From: Balanoglossus misakiensis
Taxonomy: Eukaryota; Animalia; Hemichordata
Direction: 5' to 3'
Assembly: GCA_040954595.2 (NCBI GenBank)
Contig: CM082579.2
Coordinates: 13,207,834-13,271,833, forward strand
DNA length: 64,000 nucleotides
Shown: positions 52,301 through 64,000 of the stretch, in pieces
How the letters are laid out: each line of letters starts with the position of its first letter
Position numbering within the stretch: the stretch's first letter is position 1
Notes under the pieces: model-generated
Told to the model about the DNA's origin: nothing
The model's input: the letters and a program-made list of their open reading frames with translations, nothing else
The model's database searches: none
Position numbers and translations under genes: made by a program

Positions 52301-55300
52301 GGTTAATGTTGACGCAAAGGTTGACCCCACCAAACACTCGAAATTAATGGGCAGAATACTGTCCACTCTGGCCAGGATACTGTCTGGTCTGGTTAATGTT
52401 GACGCAAAGGTTGACCCCACCAAACACTCGAAATTAACGGGCAGAATACTGTCCACTCTGGCCTGGTTACTGTCTGGTCTGGTTAATGTTGACACAAGGT
52501 TGACCCCACCAGACACTCAAAATTAATGGACAGGATAATGTCCACTCTGGCCAGGATACTGTCTGGTCTGGTTAATTTTGACGCAAAGGTTGAGCCCACC
52601 AAACACTCGAAATTAATGGGCAGAATACTGTCCACTCTGGCCAGGATACTGTCTGGTCTGGTTAATGTTGACGCAAGGTTGACCCCACCAGACACTCAAA
52701 ATTAATAGACAGGATACTGTCCACTCTGGCCAGGATACTGTCTTGCCTGGTTAATGTTGACACTCAAAATTAATGGACAGGATACTGTCCACTCTGGCCA
52801 GGATACTGTCTGGCCTGGTTAATGTTGACGCAAAGGTTGACCCCACCAGACACTCAAAATTAATGGACAGGATACTGTCCACTCTGGTCAGGATACTGTC
52901 TGGCCTGGTTAATGTTGACGCAAAGGTTGACCCCACCAAACACTCAAAATTAATGGACAGGATACTGTCCACTCTGGCCTGGTTACTGTCTGGCCTGGTT
53001 AATGTTGACGCAAAGGTTGACCCCACCAAACACTCGAAATTAATGGACTGGATACTGTCCACTCTGGCCTGGTTACTGTCTGGCCTGGTTAATGTTGACG
53101 CAAAGGTTGACCCCACCAAACACTCAAAATTAATGGACAGGATACTGTCCACTCTGGCCAGGATACTGTCTGGCCTGGTTAATGTTGACGCAAAGGTTGA
53201 CCCCACCAAACACTCGAAATTAATGGGCAGGATACTGTCCACTCTGGCCTTGTTACTGTCTGGCCTGGTTAATGTTGGCGCAAAGGTTGACCCCACCAAA
53301 CACTCGAAATTCATGGGCAGAATACTGTCCACTCTGGCCAGGATACTGTCTGGCCTGGTTAATGTTAACGCAAAGGTTGACCTCACCAGACACTCAAAAT
53401 TAATAGACAGGATACTGTCCACTCTGGCCAGGATACTGTCTGGCCTGGTTAATGTTGACACTCAAAATTAATGGACAGGATACTGTCCACTCTGGCCAGG
53501 ATACTGTCTGGCCTGGTTAATGTTGACGCAAAGGTTGACCCCACCAGACACTCAAAATTAATGGACAGGATACTGTCCACTTTGGTCAGGATACTGTCTG
53601 GCCTGGTTAATGTTGACGCATAGGTTGACCCCACCAGACACTCAAAATTAATGGGCAGAATACTGTCCACTCTGGCCAGGATACTGTCTGGTCTGGTTAA
53701 TGTTGACGCAAAGGTTGAACCCACCAAACACTCGAAATTAATGGGCAGAATACTGTCCACTCTGGCCAGGATACTGTCTGGTCTGGTTTATGTTGACGCA
53801 AAGGTTGACCCCACCAAACACTCGAAATTAACGGGCAGAATACTGTCCACTCTGGCCTGGTTACTGTCTGGTCTGGTTAATGTTGACACAAGGTTGACCC
53901 CACCAGACACTCAAATCTAATGGACAGGATAATGTCCACTCTGGCCAGGATACTGTCTGGTCTGGTTAATTTTGACGCAAAGGTTGAGCCCACCAAACAC
54001 TCAAAATTAATGGACAGGATACTGTCCACTCTGGCCAGGATACTGTCTGGCCTGGTTAATGTTGACGCAAAGGTTGACCCCACCAGACACTCAAAATTAA
54101 TGGACAGGATACTGTCCACTTTGGTCAGGATACTGTCTGGCCTGGTTAATGTTGACGCATAGGTTGACCCCACCAGACACTCAAAATTAATGGGCAGAAT
54201 ACTGTCCACTCTGGCCAGGATACTGTCTGGTCTGGTTAATGTTGACGCAAAGGTTGACCCCACCAAACACTCGAAATTAATGGGCAGAATACTGTCCACT
54301 CTGGCCAGGATACTGTCTGGTCTGGTTAATGTTGACGCAAAGGTTGACCCCACCAAACACTCGAAATTAACGGGCAGAATACTGTCCACTCTGGCCTGGT
54401 TACTGTCTGGTCTGGTTAATGTTGACACAAGGTTGACCCCACCAGACACTCAAAATTAATGGACAGGATAATGTCCACTCTGGCCAGGATACTGTCTGGT
54501 CTGGTTAATTTTGACGCAAAGGTTGAGCCCACCAAACACTCGAAATTAATGGGCAGAATACTGTCCACTCTGGCCAGGATACTGTCTGGTCTGGTTAATG
54601 TTGACGCAAGGTTGACCCCACCAGACACTCAAAATTAATAGACAGGATACTGTCCACTCTGGCCAGGATACTGTCTTGCCTGGTTAATGTTGACACTCAA
54701 AATTAATGGACAGGATACTGTCCACTCTGGCCAGGATACTGTCTGGCCTGGTTAATGTTGACGCAAAGGTTGACCCCACCAGACACTCAAAATTAATGGA
54801 CAGGATACTGTCCACTCTGGTCAGGATACTGTCTGGCCTGGTTAATGTTGACGCAAAGGTTGACCCCACCAAACACTCAAAATTAATGGACAGGATACTG
54901 TCCACTCTGGCCAGGATACTGTCTTGCCTGGTTAATGTTGACACTCAAAATTAATGGACAGGATACTGTCCACTCTGGCCAGGATACTGTCTGGCCTGGT
55001 TAATGTTGACGCAAAGGTTGACCCCACCAGACACTCAAAATTAATGGACAGGATACTGTCCACTCTGGTCAGGATACTGTCTGGCCTGGTTAATGTTGAC
55101 GCAAAGGTTGACCCCACCAAACACTCAAAATTAATGGACAGGATACTGTCCACTCTGGCCAGGATACTGTCTTGCCTGGTTAATGTTGACACTCAAAATT
55201 AATGGACAGGATACTGTCCACTCTGGCCAGGATACTGTCTGGCCTGGTTAATGTTGACGCAAAGGTTGACCCCACCAGACACTCAAAATTAATGGACAGG

Positions 55301-58300
55301 ATACTGTCCACTCTGGTCAGGATACTGTCTGGCCTGGTTAATGTTGACGCAAAGGTTGACCCCACCAAACACTCAAAATTAATGGACAGGATACTGTCCA
55401 CTCTGGCCTGGTTACTGTCTGGCCTGGTTAATGTTGACGCAAAGGTTGACCCCACCAAACACTCGAAATTAATGGACTGGATACTGTCCACTCTGGCCTG
55501 GTTACTGTCTGGCCTGGTTAATGTTGACGCAAAGGTTGACCCCACCAAACACTCAAAATTAATGGACAGGATACTGTCCACTCTGGCCAGGATACTGTCT
55601 GGCCTGGTTAATGTTGACGCAAAGGTTGACCCCACCAAACACTCGAAATTAATGGGCAGGATACTGTCCACTCTGGCCTTGTTACTGTCTGGCCTGGTTA
55701 ATGTTGGCGCAAAGGTTGACCCCACCAAACACTCGAAATTCATGGGCAGAATACTGTCCACTCTGGCCAGGATACTGTCTGGCCTGGTTAATGTTAACGC
55801 AAAGGTTGACCTCACCAGACACTCAAAATTAATAGACAGGATACTGTCCACTCTGGCCAGGATACTGTCTGGCCTGGTTAATGTTGACACTCAAAATTAA
55901 TGGACAGGATACTGTCCACTCTGGCCAGGATACTGTCTGGCCTGGTTAATGTTGACGCAAAGGTTGACCCCACCAGACACTCAAAATTAATGGACAGGAT
56001 ACTGTCCACTTTGGTCAGGATACTGTCTGGCCTGGTTAATGTTGACGCATAGGTTGACCCCACCAGACACTCAAAATTAATGGGCAGAATACTGTCCACT
56101 CTGGCCAGGATACTGTCTGGTCTGGTTAATGTTGACGCAAAGGTTGACCCCACCAAACACTCGAAATTAATGGGCAGAATACTGTCCACTCTGGCCAGGA
56201 TACTGTCTGGTCTGGTTAATGTTGACGCAAAGGTTGACCCCACCAAACACTCGAAATTAACGGGCAGAATACTGTCCACTCTGGCCTGGTTACTGTCTGG
56301 TCTGGTTAATGTTGACACAAGGTTGACCCCACCAGACACTCAAAATTAATGGACAGGATAATGTCCACTCTGGCCAGGATACTGTCTGGTCTGGTTAATT
56401 TTGACGCAAAGGTTGAGCCCACCAAACACTCGAAATTAATGGGCAGAATACTGTCCACTCTGGCCAGGATACTGTCTGGTCTGGTTAATGTTGACGCAAG
56501 GTTGACCCCACCAGACACTCAAAATTAATAGACAGGATACTGTCCACTCTGGCCAGGATACTGTCTTGCCTGGTTAATGTTGACACTCAAAATTAATGGA
56601 CAGGATACTGTCCACTCTGGCCAGGATACTGTCTGGCCTGGTTAATGTTGACGCAAAGGTTGACCCCACCAGACACTCAAAATTAATGGACAGGATACTG
56701 TCCACTCTGGTCAGGATACTGTCTGGCCTGGTTAATGTTGACGCAAAGGTTGACCCCGCCAAACACTCAAAATTAATGGACAGGATACTGTCCACTCTGG
56801 CCTGGTTACTGTCTGGCCTGGTTAATGTTGACGCAAAGGTTGACCCCACCAAACACTCGAAATTAATGGACTGGATACTGTCCACTCTGGCCTGGTTACT
56901 GTCTGGCCTGGTTAATGTTGACGAAAAGGTTGACCCCACCAAACACTCAAAATTAATGGACAGGATACTGTCCACTCTGGTCAGGATACTGTCTGGCCTG
57001 GTTAATGTTGACGCAAAGGTTGACCCCACCAAACACTCAAAATTAATGGACAGGATACTGTCCACTCTGGCCTGGTTACTGTCTGGCCTGGTTAATGTTG
57101 ACGCAAAGGTTGACCCCACCAAACACTCGAAATTAATGGACTGGATACTGTCCACTCTGGCCTGGTTACTGTCTGGCCTAGTTAATGTTGACGCAAAGGT
57201 TGACCCCACCAAACACTCGAAATTAATGGACAGGATACTGTCCACTCTGGCCTGGTTACTGTCTGGCCTGGTTAATGTTGACGCAAAGGTTGACCCCACC
57301 AAACACTCGAAATTAATGGACAGGATACTGTCCACTCTGGCCTGGTTACTGTCTGGCCTGGTTAATGTTGACGCAAAGGTTGACCCCACCAAACACTCGA
57401 AATTAATGGGCAGAATACTGTCCACTCTGGCCTGGTTACTGTCTGGCCTGGTTAATGTTGACGCAAAGGTTGACCCCACCAAACACTCAAAATTGATGGG
57501 CAGGATACTGTCTGGCCTGGTTAATGTTGACACTCAAAATTAATGGACAGGATACTGTCCACTCTGGCCAGGATACTGTCTGGCCTGGTTAATGTTGACG
57601 CAAAGGTTGACCCCACCAGACACTCAAAATTAATGGACAGGATGCTGTCCACTCTGGCCAGGATACTGTCTGGCCTGGTTAATGTTGACGCAAAGGTTGA
57701 CCCCACCAAACACTCGAAATTAACGGGCAGAATACTGTCCACTCTGGCCTGGTTACTGTCTGGTCTGGTTAATGTTGACACAAGGTTGACCCCACCAGAC
57801 ACTCAAAATTAATGGACAGGATACTGTCCACTCTGGCCAGGATACTGTCTGGTCTGGTTAATGTTGACACAAGGTTGACCCCACCAAACACTCGAAATTA
57901 ATGGGCAGAATACTGTCCACTCTGGCCAGGATACTGTCTGGTCTGGTTAATGTTGACGCAAGGTTGACCCCACCAGACACTCAAAATTAATAGACAGGAT
58001 ACTGTCCACTCTGGCCAGGATACTGTCTGGCCTGGTTAATGTTGACACTCAAAATTAATGGACAGGATACTGTCCACTCTGGCCAGGATACTGTCTGGCC
58101 TGGTTAATGTTGACGAAAAGGTTGACCCCACCAGACAGTCAAAATTAATGGACAGGATACTGTCCACTCTGGTCAGGATACTGTCTGGCCTGGTTAATGT
58201 TGACGCAAAGGTTGACCCCACCAAACACTCAAAATTAATGGACAGGATACTGTCCACTCTGGCCTGGTTACTGTCTGGCCTGGTTAATGTTGACGCAAAG

Positions 58301-61300
58301 GTTGACCCCACCAAACACTCGAAATTCATGGGCAGAATACTGTCCTCTCTGGCCAGGATACTGTCTGGCCTGGTTAATGTTGACGCGAAGGTTGACCCCA
58401 CCAAACACTCGAAATTAATGGGCAGGATACTGTCCACTCTGGCCTTGTTACTGTCTGGCCTGGTTAATGTTGGCGCAAAGGTTGACCCCACCAAACACTC
58501 GAAATTCATGGGCAGAATACTGTCCACTCTGGCCAGGATACTGTCTGGCCTGGTTAATGTTAACGCAAAGGTTGACCTCACCAGACACTCAAAATTAATA
58601 GACAGGATACTGTCCACTCTGGCCAGGATACTGTCTGGTCTGGTTAATGTTGACGCAAAGGTTGACCCCACCAAACACTCGAAATTAATGGGCAGAATAC
58701 TGTCCACTCTGGCCAGGATACTGTCTGGTCTGGTTAATGTTGACGCAAAGGTTGACCCCACCAAACACTCGAAATTAACGGGCAGAATACTGTCCACTCT
58801 GGCCTGGTTACTGTCTGGTCTGGTTAATGTTGACACAAGGTTGACCCCACCAGACACTCAAAATTAATGGACAGGATAATGTCCACTCTGGCCAGGATAC
58901 TGTCTGGTCTGGTTAATTTTGACGCAAAGGTTGAGCCCACCAAACACTCGAAATTAATGGGCAGAATACTGTCCACTCTGGCCAGGATACTGTCTGGTCT
59001 GGTTAATGTTGACGCAAGGTTGACCCCACCAGACACTCAAAATTAATGGACAGGATACTGTCCACTCTGGCCAGGATACTGTCTTGCCTGGTTAATGTTG
59101 ACACTCAAAATTAATGGACAGGATACTGTCCACTCTGGCCAGGATACTGTCTGGCCTGGTTAATGTTGACGCAAAGGTTGACCCCACCAGACACTCAAAA
59201 TTAATGGACAGGATACTGTCCACTCTGGTCAGGATACTGTCTGGCCTGGTTAATGTTGACGCAAAGGTTGACCCCACCAAACACTCAAAATTAATGGACA
59301 GGATACTGTCCACTCTGGCCTGGTTACTGTCTGGCCTGGTTAATGTTGACGCAAAGGTTGACCCCACCAAACACTCGAAATTAATGGACTGGATACTGTC
59401 CACTCTGGCCTGGTTACTGTCTGGCCTGGTTAATGTTGACGCAAAGGTTGACCCCACCAAACACTCAAAATTAATGGACAGGATACTGTCCACTCTGGTC
59501 AGGATACTGTCTGGCCTGGTTAATGTTGACGCAAAGGTTGACCCCACCAAACACTCAAAATTAATGGACAGGATACTGTCCACTCTGGCCTGGTTACTGT
59601 CTGGCCTGGTTAATGTTGACGCAAAGGTTGACCCCACCAAACACTCGAAATTCATGGGCAGAATACTGTCCACTCTGGCCAGGATACTGTCTGGCCTGGT
59701 TAATGTTAACGCAAAGGTTGACCTCACCAGACACTCAAAATTAATAGACAGGATACTGTCCACTCTGGCCAGGATACTGTCTGGTCTGGTTAATGTTGAC
59801 GCAAAGGTTGACCCCACCAAACACTCGAAATTAATGGGCAGAATACTGTCCACTCTGGCCAGGATACTGTCTGGTCTGGTTAATGTTGACGCAAAGGTTG
59901 ACCCCACCAAACACTCGAAATTAACGGGCAGAATACTGTCCACTCTGGCCTGGTTACTGTCTGGTCTGGTTAATGTTGACACAAGGTTGACCCCACCAGA
60001 CACTCAAAATTAATGGACAGGATAATGTCCACTCTGGCCAGGATACTGTCTGGTCTGGTTAATTTTGACGCAAAGGTTGAGCCCACCAAACACTCGAAAT
60101 TAATGGGCAGAATACTGTCCACTCTGGCCAGGATACTGTCTGGTCTGGTTAATGTTGACGCAAGGTTGACCCCACCAGACACTCAAAATTAATGGACAGG
60201 ATACTGTCCACTCTGGCCAGGATACTGTCTTGCCTGGTTAATGTTGACACTCAAAATTAATGGACAGGATACTGTCCACTCTGGCCAGGATACTGTCTGG
60301 CCTGGTTAATGTTGACGCAAAGGTTGACCCCACCAGACACTCAAAATTAATGGACAGGATACTGTCCACTCTGGTCAGGATACTGTCTGGCCTGGTTAAT
60401 GTTGACGCAAAGGTTGACCCCACCAAACACTCAAAATTAATGGACAGGATACTGTCCACTCTGGCCTGGTTACTGTCTGGCCTGGTTAATGTTGACGCAA
60501 AGGTTGACCCCACCAAACACTCGAAATTAATGGACTGGATACTGTCCACTCTGGCCTGGTTACTGTCTGGCCTGGTTAATGTTGACGCAAAGGTTGACCC
60601 CACCAAACACTCAAAATTAATGGACAGGATACTGTCCACTCTGGTCAGGATACTGTCTGGCCTGGTTAATGTTGACGCAAAGGTTGACCCCACCAAACAC
60701 TCAAAATTAATGGACAGGATACTGTCCACTCTGGCCTGGTTACTGTCTGGCCTGGTTAATGTTGACGCAAAGGTTGACCCCACCAAACACTCGAAATTAA
60801 TGGACTGGATACTGTCCACTCTGGCCTGGTTACTGTCTGGCCTGGTTAATGTTGACGCAAAGGTTGACCCCACCAAACACTCGAAATTAATGGACAGGAT
60901 ACTGTCCACTCTGGCCTGGTTACTGTCTGGCCTGGTTAATGTTGACGCAAAGGTTGACCCCACCAAACACTCGAAATTAATGGACAGGATACTGTCCACT
61001 CTGGCCTGGTTACTGTCTGGCCTGGTTAATGTTGACGCAAAGGTTGACCCCACCAAACACTCGAAATTAATGGGCAGAATACTGTCCACTCTGGCCTGGT
61101 TACTGTCTGGCCTGGTTAATGTTGACGCAAAGGTTGACCCCTCCAAACACTCAAAATTGATGGGCAGGATACTGTCCACTCTTGCCTTGTTACTGTCTGG
61201 CCTGGTTAATGTTGACGCAAAGGTTGACCCCACCAAACACTCAAAATTAATGGACAGGATACTGTCCACTCTGGCCTGGTTACTGTCTGGCCTGGTTAAT

Positions 61301-64000
61301 GTTGACGCAAAGGTTGACCCCACCAAACACTCGAAATTAATGGACTGGATACTGTCCACTCTGGCCTGGTTACTGTCTGGCCTGGTTAATGTTGACGCAA
61401 AGGTTGACCCCACCAAACACTCGAAATTAATGGACAGGATACTGTCCACTCTGGCCTGGTTACTGTCTGGCCTGGTTAATGTTGACGCAAAGGTTGACCC
61501 CACCAAACACTCGAAATTAATGGACAGGATACTGTCCACTCTGGCCTGGTTACTGTCTGGCCTGGTTAATGTTGACGCAAAGGTTGACCCCACCAAACAC
61601 TCGAAATTAATGGGCAGAATACTGTCCACTCTGGCCTGGTTACTGTCTGGCCTGGTTAATGTTGACGCAAAGGTTGACCCCACCAAACACTCAAAATTGA
61701 TGGGCAGGATACTGTCCACTCTTGCCTTGTTACTGTCTGGCCTGGTTAATGTTGACGCAAAGGTTGACCCCACCAAACACTCGAAATTAATTGGCAGGAT
61801 ACTGTCCACTCTGGCCTTGTTACTGTCTGGCCTGGTTAATTTTGACGCAAAGGTTGACCCCACCAAACACTCGAAATTAATTGGCAGGATACTGTCCACT
61901 CTGGTCTGGTTACTGTCTGGCCTGGTTAATGTTGACGCAAAGGTTGACCCCACCAAACACTCGAAATTAATGGACTGGATACTGTCCACTCTGGCCTGGT
62001 TACTGTCTGGCCTGGTTAATGTTGACGCAAAGGTTGACCCCACCAAACACTCGAAATTAATGGACAGGATACTGTCCACTCTGGCCTGGTTACTGTCTGG
62101 CCTGGTTAATGTTGACGCAAAGGTTGACCCCACCAAACACTCGAAATTAATGGACAGGATACTGTCCACTCTGGCCTGGTTACTGTCTGGCCTGGTTAAT
62201 GTTGACGCAAAGGTTGACCCCACCAAACACTCGAAATTAATGGGCAGAATACTGTCCACTCTGGCCTGGTTACTGTCTGGCCTGGTTAATGTTGACGCAA
62301 AGGTTGACCCCACCAAACACTCAAAATTGATGGGCAGGATACTGTCCACTCTTGCCTTGTTACTGTCTGGCCTGGTTAATGTTGACGCAAAGGTTGACCC
62401 CACCAAACACTCGAAATTAATTGGCAGGATACTGTCCACTCTGGCCTTGTTACTGTCTGGCCTGGTTAATGTTGACGCAAAGGTTGACCCCACCAAACAC
62501 TCGAAATTAATTGGCAGGATACTGTCCACTCTGGTCTGGTTACTGTCTGGCCTGGTTAATGTTGACACAAAGGTTGACCCCACCAAACACTCAAAATTAA
62601 TGGGCAGGATACTGTCCACTCTGGCCTTGTTACTGTCTGGCCTGGTTAATGTTGACGCAAAGGTTGCCCCAACCAAACACTCGAAATTAATGGGCAGGAT
62701 ACTGTCCACTCTGGCCTGGTTACTGTCTGGCCTGGTTAATGTTGACGCAAAGGTTGACCCCACCAAACACTCGAAATTAATGGGCAGAATACTGTCCACT
62801 CTGGCCTGGTTACTGTCTGGCCTGGTTAATGTTGACGCAAAGGTTGACCCCACCAAACACTCAAAATTGATTGGCAGGATACTGTCCACTCTGGCCTTGT
62901 TACTCTCTGGCCTGGTTAATGTTGACGCAAAGGTTGACCCCACCAAACACTCGAAATTAATTGGCAGGATACTGTCCACTCTGGTCTGGTTACTGTCTGG
63001 CCTGGTTAATGTTGATGCAAAGGTTGACCCCACCAAACACTCAAAATTAATGGGCAGGATACTGTCCACTCTGGCCTTGTTACTGTCTGGCCTGGTTAAT
63101 GTTGACGCAAAGGTTGACCCCACCAAACACTCGAAATTAATGGGCAGGATACTGTCCACTCTGGCCTTGTTACTGTCTGGCCTGGTTAATGTTGACGCAA
63201 AGGTTGCCCCAACCAAACACTCGAAATTAATGGGCAGGATACTGTCCACTCTGGCCTGGTTACTGTCTGGCCTGGTTAATGTTGACGCAAAGGTTGACCC
63301 CACCAAACACTTGAAATTCATGGGCAGAATACTGTCCACTCTGGCCAGGATACTGTCTGGCCTGGTTAATGTTGACGCAGGGGTTGACCCCACCAAACAC
63401 TCGAAATTCATGGGCAGGATACTGTCCACTCTGGCCTGGTTACTGTCTGGCCTAGTTAATGTTGACGCAAAGGTTGACCCCACCAAACACTCGAAATTAA
63501 TGGGCAGGATACTGTCCACTCTGGCCTTGTTACTGTCTGGCCTGGTTAAAGTTGGCGCAAAGGTTGACCCCACCAAACACTCGAAATTCATGGGCAGAAT
63601 ACTGTCCACTCTGGCCAGGATACTGTCTGGCCTGGTTAATGTTGACGCAAAGGTTGACCCCACCAGACACTCAAAATTAATAGACAGGATACTGTCCACT
63701 CTGGCCAGGATACTGTCTGCCCTGGTTAATGTTGACACTCAAAATTAATGGACAGGATACTGTCCACTCTGGCCAGGATACTGTCTGGCCTGGTTAATGT
63801 TGACGCAAAGGTTGACCCCACCAGACACTCAAAATTAATGGACAGGATACTGTCCACTCTGGTCAGGATACTGTCTGGCCTGGTTAATGTTGACGCAAAG
63901 TTTGACCACACCAGACACTCAAAATTAATGGACAGGATACTGTCCACTCTGGCCTGGTTACTGTCTGGCCTGGTTAATATTGATGCAACGGTTGACCCCA

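Larger units (their letters stand above)
36176..64000. repeat. 90-bp satellite DNA array (about 290-300 monomers, continues past the window end)
   Basis: Consensus TTAATGTTGACGCAAAGGTTGACCCCACCAAACACTCAAAATTAATGGACAGGATACTGTCCACTCTGGCCAGGATACTGTCTGGCCTGG. Variants of 68, 89 and 91 bp recur. Confidence 0.99.

Noticed and set aside
36188-63947. Dozens of long ORFs on both strands (up to 1166 aa) as protein-coding genes
   Set aside because: They are translations of the 90-bp satellite. Frameshifting 68/89/91-bp monomers are freely amplified, and there are no unique domains or termini.

Overview
Repeat-rich animal genomic DNA. The TE repertoire is like that of marine invertebrate deuterostomes, but the taxon is an inference. 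No intact protein-coding gene is recognisable. Positions 1-36 kb are a mosaic of a 5'-truncated L2/CR1-type LINE, non-autonomous DNA transposons identified by TIR and TSD (P/Galileo-like foldback, Academ-like, pogo-like, Kolobok-like, Harbinger-like), DINE-1/HINE-like Helentron derivatives, local tandem duplications and minisatellites. This half also holds a chain of paralogous short exon-like units with strong splice signals, which may be an unannotated spliced lncRNA or small-peptide gene. From about 36.2 kb to the window end is a 90-bp satellite with dyad symmetries and nested higher-order repeats. It is interrupted at 41899-43396 by an internally deleted piggyBac with a TTAA TSD and a decayed transposase, and an uninterrupted paralogous site survives in the same array. 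The very long ORFs on both strands of the satellite are best explained by the 90-bp, stop-free monomer. All alignments and translations were done by eye, and superfamily names rest on terminal signatures, not database searches.
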